A DNA stretch of 64,000 nt from Candidatus Odyssella sp. Its GTDB lineage: Bacteria > Pseudomonadota > Alphaproteobacteria > Paracaedibacterales > CAITNM01. Each line of letters opens with the position of its first letter. Within the stretch, counting starts at the first letter, position 1. Below, piece by piece: positions 49,775 through 58,532 of this stretch. The position numbers and the translations under genes were made by a program. The DNA lies in assembly GCA_020726185.1 (NCBI GenBank), contig DYTB01000001.1, positions 2,526 through 66,525 of the forward strand, in the 5' to 3' direction. Below the pieces are notes generated by a model, which was not told where the DNA came from, ran no database searches, and saw nothing but the letters and a program-made list of their open reading frames with translations.

Positions 49775-51650
49775 CTATTGGCAAGCTAAACATTCTTCGT
49801 AATCTGTGTTGGCACTATCGACCATCTCGATTTTTTGATCTTTTCGACCTGCGTGTTCAGCGCGCTGGATGGATTTTGATCGACAATAATATAAACTTTT
49901 CACGCCTTTTTCCCAGGCCATCCAGTGCAACATTAGCAAATCCCATTTATTAATATCTGCAGGTAAAAAAAGATTAATTGATTGTCCTTGGCACACAAAA
50001 GGAGAACGATCTGCAGCTAGTTCAATAATCCAACGTTGATCAATTTCAAAAGCAGTTTTGAAAGTATCTTTTTCATCTTTGCTTAGTTGCTCTAAGTGAC
50101 AAACGGAACCTTCTTGTTCAATAATTGATTGCCAAATTGCATCGGTGTTTAAGCCTTTATCAGCAAGTAATTTTTCCAAATGAGGATTCTTTACCACGAA
50201 ATTCCCAGAAAGGGTTTTGTGGTTGTAAATATTTGCCGGAATAGGTTCAATGCCTGCGCTTGTGCCTAAATCGTGCCAAGATTCCTTTTTCTTTGGCATC
50301 TAAGCAAGCGCCACGTTCCTTTGCAAGCTGTACAGATGCTGCATCAGCTGCTTTTCGTATGTGCCGAAACATTTTCATATTCCAGCTTTTTGCTAAAGCG
50401 CTTTCAAAAGACAAGCTTTTCAATTGCAAAAATGAATGAAACCCCATTAGTCCAAGGCCAACAGAGCGTTCACGTGTCGCGGAGTATGTTGCGCGTTCCA
50501 TTCCCTTGGGTGCTTCATCGATAAAAGCTTGAAGTACGTTATCTAAGAATCTTAAAACATCTTCAATAATTAGTGGGTCATCGTGCCATTCATCCCAGGT
50601 TTCAGCATTTAAAGATGATAAACAACATACAGCGGTTCTGTCATTTTCTAAATGATCTGGGCCAGTTGGTAACAAAATTTCACTACACAAATTCGACATC
50701 TTGATCTTCAGTCCAAGTTCGCGTTGGTGCTTAGATAGCGCTTTGTTAGCTGTGTCAATGAACACCAAATAAGGTTCACCTGTTTGCATACGCATTTCAA
50801 GAATTTTAGACATAAGGTTACGTGCATCAACAGTTCTTATAACTTCATTTGTTTTAGGGCTTTGCAAAGGAAATTCTGCATTTTGGCGAACTGCCTCCAT
50901 GAATTCATCGGTAATGTTAATTCCATGATGAAGGTTTAAACTTTTACGATTAAAATCCCCAGAAGGTTTGCGAATTTCTAAAAATTCTTCAATTTCAGGG
51001 TGATGAATGTCCAAATACACCGCAGCATTTCCGCGACGTAAGGACCCTTGGCTAATTGCTAAGGTCAAAGAATCCATTACGCGCACAAATGGAATAATGC
51101 CCGAGGTTTTTCCAGCTCGCCCAACCGGCTCACCAATACTTCTAACAAATCCCCAATAAGTACCAATACCTCCGCCATTGGATGCTAGTAGTACATTTTC
51201 ATTCCAGGTGGTGACAATGCCGTTTAAGTTGTCACTTACCGTGTTTAAAAAACAGGAAATCGGTAGGCCTCGTTTAGCCCCGCCATTTGATAAAATTGGA
51301 GTTGAGGGCAAAAACCATAACTTTGAAATATAGTCATAAAGTCTTTGAGCATGATCAAGATCATCAGCATAAGCACACGCTACTCGAGCGAACATTTGTT
51401 GATAATTTTCATTTTCAAGAACATAACGATCATCAAGGGTTGCTTTTCCAAAGTTGGTAAGTAAAGAATCTCTGGAATAATTTAACTTAATTGATGATGG
51501 ATCAATTTTATAAGTTTTTGGACGAACAGCAGCCTTTTGATACAGTTGTTTTTGTTCTTGAGTTTGTGGAAATGGAACAACTCTTTGGAAAGGATTGAAA
51601 TCTATCAAATGACCATATTGGTCAAAGTCGTAAGCATTGTCTGTTTTCAT
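49775..51650 (-). pseudogene. nrdA: class Ia ribonucleotide reductase alpha subunit, split into two frames and lacking the substrate-binding loop
   Basis: Track ORFs 50247..51650 and 49775..50299 together make one NrdA. The first carries SNLCSEI with the catalytic Cys/Glu. The second carries GIEPIPANIY, the SLYYCRS region and the C-terminal ECLACQ. They overlap by 53 nt in different frames, and the APTASxS-type loop is missing (see findings). Confidence 0.9.
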
Positions 51651-51689
51651 AGTCCCTCATTTTAAATAAGGGTCAGAGCCATGTTGTGA

Positions 51690-51937
51690 AAGCTAAAAAG
51701 TGCAAAGAGTTGCACCTGAACTCTCAACCGGTGCACCCCGCCCGATGTTAGTAAAATGCTTCACGGCAAGTCTCCTGGCTCGCGGGTCATAGTGGTTTAA
51801 ACGTCTTCCCAGTTTCCCAGTGACTTTGTGTTTAAACGACTTACCGCACACAGTTGCGGGGGCAGCTTCGGAATATGCTGTATAGCAGAACCGAATTCCT
51901 ATTTAAGCATCGCTATAAATTTAGCAACGCACCTTGT
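51690..51937 (-). promoter_or_regulatory. cobalamin (B12) riboswitch in the nrdA leader
   Basis: The minus strand carries three cores in canonical order. They are AGGAATTCGGT...TCCGAAGCTGCCCCCGCAACTGT, CACTGGGAAACTGGGAAGAC, and GACCCGCGAGCCAGGAGACTTGCC (the B12 box, plus-strand coordinates 51765-51780). These match the conserved cores of the cobalamin riboswitch family. Confidence 0.85.
51693..51716 (-). terminator. candidate intrinsic terminator / expression platform of the B12 riboswitch
   Basis: The minus strand reads GTGCAA-CTCT-TTGCAC followed by TTTTT, between the B12 box and the nrdA Shine-Dalgarno (GAGGGA). Confidence 0.5.
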
Positions 51938-52037
51938 GACATAATATTATAATATGAGATATGATGTGTTTGTGTAAATAGATTTAAAAGGTTGACAAGT
52001 TTGTGTGTTTTGGGGGAAGTGTAAATAAAATTGGTAT

Positions 52038-52682
52038 TTGAAGAATCGCTGCATGGCATTATTTAATTCCTATCGGGAATCAATCATCATCAAAGATCAT
52101 GTGAAAAGTAAGCATATTATTGCAGGCGATCATTCATATTATTCTGGTTATTATCACGGAAAACCATTTGAAGAATGCGTTATGTATTTGGACGAGGTTG
52201 ATAATAGTGCAGATCCTGAAAATATAGATCAATTGATTATTGGTAAGTTTTGTTCAATCGCCACTGGTGCAAAATTCATGATGTGCGGTACTCAAGGGCA
52301 TAATTATAACTGGATTGCAGTGCATCCTCTTCATGGATTTGATGATTCTTTTTTTCCAGGACATCAATGGAAAGGCAACACGATTATTGGCAATGATGTG
52401 TGGATTGGTGCTGAAGCACTTATTATGCCTGGTGTGCAAATTGCAGATGGTGCAGTGATTGCTTCTCGTGCTGTGATTACAAAAAAGGTTGGTGCTTATG
52501 AAATTTGGGGTGGTAATCCTGCACGCTTGATTAAGAAACGCTTTGAAAATGAAGATATTGCAAAGCTACTTCAAATCAAATAGTGGGACTGGAATTTAGA
52601 AACATTAAAAAGAAATTTACAGCACTTAAGATCTGCTGATGTAGCAACGCTTTGGAAAAAATTTCAGGACAAAACTTTGTGA
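52038..52682 (+). pseudogene. Vat/CatB-type xenobiotic (streptogramin A / chloramphenicol class) O-acetyltransferase with an in-frame TAG
   Basis: The hexapeptide-repeat XAT pattern is present (IIGKFCSIA.GAKF, GNDVWIGAEALIMPGVQIADGAVIASRAVITK.V..YEIWGGNPARLIKKRF). TAG at 52581 replaces the first Trp of the conserved K-W-W-D-W motif. The frame continues WDWNLETLKRNLQHL... to TGA at 52680-52682. The start is TTG at 52038 or ATG at 52053. Confidence 0.8.
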
Positions 52683-53191
52683 AAAAAATATTGGAAACTC
52701 TAAATCAGAAATGGTCTTGTAAAAATATAACCATTAATGAAGCAGAGGATATTCAATTTTTCTTAATCCTTATGGATGATTTTTTTCAGCTGTGTGAAGG
52801 AAAATCATGTTCGGCTGATGAGCTTTTACAAGCATGTCCGTCAACAAGTAATATAAAAACGGACAAATTCGTATTGGGCATATACAAAGATAAAACACTA
52901 ATTGGTATTATGGATCTTATACAAAATTATCCAAAAAATGGTGTGTGGACGATTGGTTATTTGCTGATTCATCCTAAATATCAGGGGCATGAAATTGGAA
53001 GCAATTTTCTTCGTGATCTACAAATATGTCTTAAAAATGATAAGGTTCTAAAATTAAGATGTGTTGTGCAAAGTCAAAACCCAAAAGCTCTTTGCTTTTG
53101 GCAAAAAAATAATTTTGTGATTGAAAAAGAAATTCAGCAAGATTTGGGAAAATTAATTAACAGGACATTTATTTTAGAGAAAACTTTGTGA
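52652..53191 (+). CDS. GNAT-family N-acetyltransferase
   Basis: 179 aa. The GNAT core reads IGYLLIHPKYQGHEIGSNFL. An alternative GTG start at 52679 overlaps the full-length vat stop (GTGA). Confidence 0.65.
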   Translation: MEKISGQNFVKKILETLNQKWSCKNITINEAEDIQFFLILMDDFFQLCEGKSCSADELLQACPSTSNIKTDKFVLGIYKDKTLIGIMDLIQNYPKNGVWTIGYLLIHPKYQGHEIGSNFLRDLQICLKNDKVLKLRCVVQSQNPKALCFWQKNNFVIEKEIQQDLGKLINRTFILEKTL

Positions 53192-53691
53192 ACATAATTT
53201 TTGATGCCCTTACAGAAAATCATTTTCCACTTCTTTTGAAGTGGTTGGAAACTCCGCATGTTAAAACTTGGTGGGATTCACATTTAGAATGGACACCAGA
53301 GCTAATTCAAAAAAAATACGAGCCTTACCTAAATGGCAGCAATTTAATGAATGCCTACATTTTTTCTGTGGAGAGTAAACCTATTGGTTATATACAGTAT
53401 TATAACAAACATGATTTTCCACGAGAGCATGACTATGCAATGGAGTTACCTGAATCTTGTGCAGCCATAGATTGGTACATAGGTGAGCCAGAATTTGTAG
53501 GACGAGGCATTGGTACAAAAGCACTAAAATTATTTTTGGATATTCATGTTTTTTCTAATTTTGATAATGTTTTTGTTGATCCAGACACCGCAAATGTTTC
53601 AGCTATTTGTGTTTATGAAAAAACAGGATTCATAACTATTAGCAAAACGAATGATGATAAAGTCACTTTGATGTTGAAGACAAAAATTTAG
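53188..53691 (+). CDS. AAC(6')-Ib-like / Acetyltransf_8-family GNAT acetyltransferase
   Basis: 167 aa. LTENHFPLLLKWLETPHVKTWW...PIGYIQYY...IDWYIGEPEFVGRGIGTKALKLFL...VDPDTANVSAICVYEKTGF is collinear with the AAC(6')-Ib sequence as I remember it. The remembered sequence reads LYEWLNRSHIVEWW...PIGYAQSY...IDQLLAN...GKGLGTKLV...TDPSPSNLRAIRCYEKAGF. The GTG start overlaps the preceding stop. Confidence 0.72.
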   Translation: MNIIFDALTENHFPLLLKWLETPHVKTWWDSHLEWTPELIQKKYEPYLNGSNLMNAYIFSVESKPIGYIQYYNKHDFPREHDYAMELPESCAAIDWYIGEPEFVGRGIGTKALKLFLDIHVFSNFDNVFVDPDTANVSAICVYEKTGFITISKTNDDKVTLMLKTKI

Positions 53692-53698
53692 CAGTGCA

Positions 53699-54679
53699 TT
53701 ATTTCTTCAAAAATGATTCAACTAGTGAATGCATTGTTTCTGAAATTGGTGAATTGAATAATTGCAAGGATTCTTGAGCTTTGCGTGCATACTGTGTGGT
53801 TGCAACAATAGACTGTTCGAATGCGCCTAAGTCGTGAAGGCGTTTTGCCACATCGCTAAATTCTATATTATTTACTCTATTGCTATCAAAGCATTGGTGC
53901 CAAAAAATTTTATCAGTATCGGCCTGATAAGCTAGCAAAATAGGAAATGTTACCTTACCTTCACGAAAATCATCACCCATCTGTTTGCCGCGATTTTCAT
54001 TGGTATAGTCAAGTACATCATCTATTATTTGATACATTAATCCAAAATTTTTACCGAATTCATATAACTGATTTGCTGTGTCTGCGTTTGCTCCTCCGGC
54101 AAGTGCTCCGGTTTGGCATACTGCTGCAAAAAGTGTTGCGGTTTTATATTCAATAATTCTTAAATAGTCCACTGTATCAAGGTTTAGAGACTTAATGCAC
54201 CGTAGCTGAGTTACTTCACCTTCGCTAATTTTTGCTGATGCACCTGCCAAAATATCTAAATAACGGACATTTTCAGTTTTAACCATTAGTTCAAAGGCAC
54301 GAGCAAAAAGAAAATCACCCACTAGAATGCTTGGCTTATTTCCCCAGCAAATGTTCGCCGTTTGTTTGCCGCGGCGCAGTGATGATTCATCAACAACATC
54401 ATCGTGTAAAAGCGTTGCTGCATGAATAAGTTCAACTGCGGCAGCTAAATAAAAGCTATTTTGCGTGACTTTTCCTGTCAATTGACTAGACGCTAAGCAT
54501 AAAAGTGGACGCAAGCGTTTTCCGCCAGCTGAAATTAATGTTGTAGCAATTGTTTTGATGAGTGGTTCGCTGGTCGAAATATTTTCAAATATCAACTTAT
54601 CTACTTGTTGCAAGCTACTTTGGAAGTTATTTCTTAAATGATATAAGGGATCCAACACAATTTGGCATTCTTGCAACAA
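53699..54679 (-). CDS. ispB: octaprenyl-diphosphate synthase (polyprenyl synthetase)
   Basis: 326 aa. The first Asp-rich motif is LLHDDVVDESSLRRG and the second is IIDDVLD. Confidence 0.92.
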   Translation of the reverse strand: MLQECQIVLDPLYHLRNNFQSSLQQVDKLIFENISTSEPLIKTIATTLISAGGKRLRPLLCLASSQLTGKVTQNSFYLAAAVELIHAATLLHDDVVDESSLRRGKQTANICWGNKPSILVGDFLFARAFELMVKTENVRYLDILAGASAKISEGEVTQLRCIKSLNLDTVDYLRIIEYKTATLFAAVCQTGALAGGANADTANQLYEFGKNFGLMYQIIDDVLDYTNENRGKQMGDDFREGKVTFPILLAYQADTDKIFWHQCFDSNRVNNIEFSDVAKRLHDLGAFEQSIVATTQYARKAQESLQLFNSPISETMHSLVESFLKK

Positions 54680-54749
54680 ATTAACCTATCCAACCGGGAA
54701 CAATTTCCAGTATAATTTAGTCTATTTAACTCGCTCAGGATAGCGTTTT

Positions 54750-55520
54750 GTGCACGCACTTTTAGAAATTTCAGAAAATAACGCCTATACAGAAGATTCA
54801 CTTCTTGGTGGAAAAATTATGATACGTCAACCTGTGCAAGGGTATAGAGTTGCTATCGATCCGCTATTATTGGCAGCTTCAATTTCTGTAGAGCCAGGAG
54901 AAAGTGTGCTAGACGTAGGTGCCGGAGTAGGTGCTGCTGGTTTATGTTTAGCTGCTCGTTTTCCTTATTGTCGAATCATGGGGATTGAGCGTCAAAAAGA
55001 TCTTGTGCGCTTAGCAACAGATAACATTCGCCTTAATAATCTAAGAGAACGAGTTGAAATACTTCATGGGGATCTAAAAAGTCCTCCTCCTCGTTTAGCT
55101 GCAGGCAGTTATAGTCAAGTTATATCTAATCCCCCCTACTTTGAAATGAATAGCGGGCGTTTATCACCGGTCGATTCAAAAGCGCTTAGTAATCATGAAG
55201 AGCTGGCAGATATGGAAGCATGGATAAAATTTTGCCTGTTAATGCTGAAGCCACAAGGAAAAATTACCTTTATCTACCGGGCAGATATGCTTGATCGACT
55301 TTTGAGCTTGTTTTATGGCAAAGTTGGCGATGTAAGTATTTTTCCTTTGTGGCCTGCAAAAAACCATTCAGCGAAAAGAGTGATTGTTCAAGGTATAAAG
55401 GGATCAAAAGGTAGTCTAAGTCTTTTAAGTGGAATGTTTATACATAATGAAGATGGGTCTTTCACTCAGGCAGCAGATGCCATATTGCGCAATGGAGAAT
55501 CACTATTATTGAATTCGTAG
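54750..55520 (+). CDS. SAM-dependent N6-adenine methyltransferase, TrmN6/YfiC-like
   Basis: 256 aa. The SAM motif is LDVGAGVGAAGL and the catalytic motif is NPPYF. The substrate (tRNA versus other) is not determinable here. Confidence 0.65.
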   Translation: MHALLEISENNAYTEDSLLGGKIMIRQPVQGYRVAIDPLLLAASISVEPGESVLDVGAGVGAAGLCLAARFPYCRIMGIERQKDLVRLATDNIRLNNLRERVEILHGDLKSPPPRLAAGSYSQVISNPPYFEMNSGRLSPVDSKALSNHEELADMEAWIKFCLLMLKPQGKITFIYRADMLDRLLSLFYGKVGDVSIFPLWPAKNHSAKRVIVQGIKGSKGSLSLLSGMFIHNEDGSFTQAADAILRNGESLLLNS

Positions 55521-55525
55521 AAACA

Positions 55526-56512
55526 ATGATGGATAGTGTTATGTATACGTGGGTTGTAGCGGCTGTTTTGATGACGACCTGTTTGTTTGTTTGGAAAAAA
55601 ATAGGAATAAAAGATATTCCTAGTCATCGTTCTTCTCATTCGATGGCAACTCCTACTGCTGCGGGTGTTTGCATAAGTTTTATTTTTTTTGGATTTTTTT
55701 TTGCAGCTAAAGCTTCTCTTATAAATGTTGGCTTGCTATCAGTAACTTTTGTCTTAGGGCTTTTGATTCTTACAGTTGTTGGATTTATTGATGACAAAAA
55801 AGAGTTGAATTATAAAACAAGGCTTTTCAGTCATATTTTTGCTGTGGGATTAGTTTTGACGCAGCAAGATTTAAGTGCGGTTGAATATTTATGTTGGTTT
55901 TTTATAGGTGTAGGCCTGATAAATGCCTGCAATTTTTTAGATGGGCTAAATGGCTTACTTGCAAGTCAGTGGTTACTTACTGTTGGTTTTCTGTTAAGTG
56001 CCTTTGCTCCCACCAATAGTATTTTTTGGATTTTGTGGGTTTCTACGTTAGTTTATTTATTTTTTAACTTTCCAAAAGCACGGGTCTTTATTGGAGATAC
56101 AGGCAGCACAATTTTAGGTTTTTCTTATTTTGCTATTATTTTTAACTTGGCTCCCGTCCAACATGAATTTCCAAGCATTTTGATTCCTCATGATAGTTTC
56201 GTTATGTTTGCATTATTCCCTCTTGGTTTTGCTTGGGGTGATGTGGCATTTACAATTGTGCGCAGGTTCGTTGATAAGCGGTCTATTACCTCATCATTCG
56301 GGGACTATGGTTTTCATCACCAAGCTAAATTTTTTAATAGTCATGCGCTTGTTACTCTTACTTATTTGACTCTCAACAGTTTGTTGACTTGTATGGCGAC
56401 TTATTTATTTTTTGATCATCCTAGCATAATGCTAATGTGTTCCCTGTACGCAGTGGCACAACTTATTCACTGGATGTTTATTCAGTATTTATCAACAAAA
56501 ATTCCTGCTTAA
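55526..56512 (+). CDS. glycosyltransferase family 4 (MraY/WecA-like polyprenyl-phosphate sugar-1-P transferase)
   Basis: 328 aa, polytopic. DIPSHRSSH, IDDKKEL, NFLDGLNGL and FIGDTGS are the family motifs. Confidence 0.8.
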   Translation: MMDSVMYTWVVAAVLMTTCLFVWKKIGIKDIPSHRSSHSMATPTAAGVCISFIFFGFFFAAKASLINVGLLSVTFVLGLLILTVVGFIDDKKELNYKTRLFSHIFAVGLVLTQQDLSAVEYLCWFFIGVGLINACNFLDGLNGLLASQWLLTVGFLLSAFAPTNSIFWILWVSTLVYLFFNFPKARVFIGDTGSTILGFSYFAIIFNLAPVQHEFPSILIPHDSFVMFALFPLGFAWGDVAFTIVRRFVDKRSITSSFGDYGFHHQAKFFNSHALVTLTYLTLNSLLTCMATYLFFDHPSIMLMCSLYAVAQLIHWMFIQYLSTKIPA

Positions 56513-56587
56513 TTTCTTCACGCTGGTTTGCTAGCATTTGTGTGAAATTCAGCATAAGATTAAACCACATAATTAAGTTTATTGAAG

Positions 56588-58532
56588 ATGAATTCTTTTC
56601 AGCTTGGATGCCTATGTTTAGGCGCTCCACTTTTAGGAGCACTGTTTGGTTATATCAGGGCATATAACAATCATCAAACAGGGCACTGGATTTGTGTAGC
56701 GACGATCTTTATTAGTTTCTTTGCAGGCTGCTGTCTTTTTTATCAGATAGCTGACACTCAATTTTCTGAGTTAGTTCATCTTTTTACGTGGATAAAGTCT
56801 GAAACCGTTCGTATAGATTGGGGTTTTCTTTTTGATCCATTAAGTACGTTAATGATATTAATAGTGACGTTTATTTCGCTGCTTGTGCATGTGTATTCAG
56901 TAGAATATATGCGAGATGATCCTGATAAATTATGCTTTTTTGGCCACTTAAACTTATTCACTTTTATGATGATTTTACTTGTTTCAGCGCCCAACATGCT
57001 TCAACTATTTTGTGGATGGGAAGGTGTGGGGCTGGCTTCATATTTATTAATTGGATATTGGCATGAAAGGCCTTCTGCTACGGCCGCATCGATAAAAGCT
57101 TTTATTATGAATAGAATTGGCGATATCGGTATCGTGCTAGCTTTGGGCGCTATATTTACTTTTTTTCACACACTCGATTTTGAAGAATTTTTTTCGTTGT
57201 TAAAAGAAACAGAATCATTGCCCAGCTTGCAATGGCTCAATACCATTGGGCTATTATTACTTTTGGGAGCTATGGGTAAATCTGGTCAGTTTGGGTTGCA
57301 CACATGGTTACCTGATGCAATGGAAGCGCCTACGCCTGTTTCTGCTTTGCTTCATGCCGCTACAATGGTGACAGCTGGTGTATTTCTTATCATTCGATTT
57401 AGTCCGTTGTTTGAATTAGCACCATTTGCAAAAGAAGTGATGATGCTTATTGGTTTGATAACTGCACTATTTGCCGGCACTGTTGCCTTAGCACAGACAG
57501 ACATAAAAAAAATTATTGCTTATTCCACTTGCAGCCAGCTAGGCATGATGTTCATGGCCTGTGCAGCAGGAGCATATTCAGTTGCCTTTTTCCATTTGTT
57601 CACGCATGCTTTTTTCAAAGCGCTACTATTTCTTTGTGCAGGCACTGTTATTCATGCAATGTCTCATGAACAAAATATTTTGAAAATGGGAGGGCTAAAA
57701 TCGTACCTTCCAGCTAGTTATTACACAATGATAATTGGTACACTTGCGCTTACAGGATTTCCTTTTTTTGCAGGTTATTATTCAAAAGATTTAATATTTG
57801 AATCTGTTTATCTATCCTCCATTCCTTTTGCGCATGCGTATTACTGTTTGTGCTTGTTGCTGACATTGATCACAGGACTATATTCATGGCGACTTTTGTT
57901 TTTAGTGTTTTATGGCAAACCAAATGCTAATGAACACGTTATTGCTCACATCCATAAAACAGGAAAAGGTATGCAATATCCTATTAATGTATTGGCTTTT
58001 GGCTCAATTATTATGGGGTATGTAGGGTTTAAATTACTTATTGATCAATCATTTGGATTTTCTTGGAACGAAAGTATTTCTGCTTACCCTTCAGCACATG
58101 CTTCCTTTTGGGTGGGATTACTCCCGCTTGCTTTTGCAGTGTTGGCCCTTTTTTCTTGTTATTATATTTATATTAAAAAGCCTTTGGTTTCATCACTAAT
58201 TGAGCAAAAATTTCCAAAAATTTTCCAATTTTTCAAATGCAAATGGTACATTGATGAGTTTTATGAGAAGAAAATTGGTGCTCATTTTACAAAATTTGGT
58301 AGTTATTTATATATCAGGAGACAGGGGGGCGATTGATAAACTTGGACCTGATGGAATTGCTAATTTAACCCTAAAATTAGGCGGGTATATGCAAAAGCCA
58401 CAAACCGGCTATTTGTTCCACTATGGATTTATTGCTATTTTAGGAATCGTCTTAATACTAGCGATGTATCTCTTTATGCAGTCATACCCTCAATTTTCAA
58501 AGGAACTATCTTTGGCTATGGGGCGCTTGTGA
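56588..58532 (+). pseudogene. nuoL: NADH-quinone oxidoreductase subunit L, C-terminal frameshift (or assembly indel)
   Basis: The main ORF carries WEGVGLASYLLIGYW, HTWLPDAMEAPTPVSALLHAATMV and KWYIDEFY. It ends prematurely with ...GSYLYIRRQGGD*. The conserved C-terminus (SGDRGAIDKLGPDGIAN...QTGYLFHYGF...) is in the +1 frame to 58532. Confidence 0.88.
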
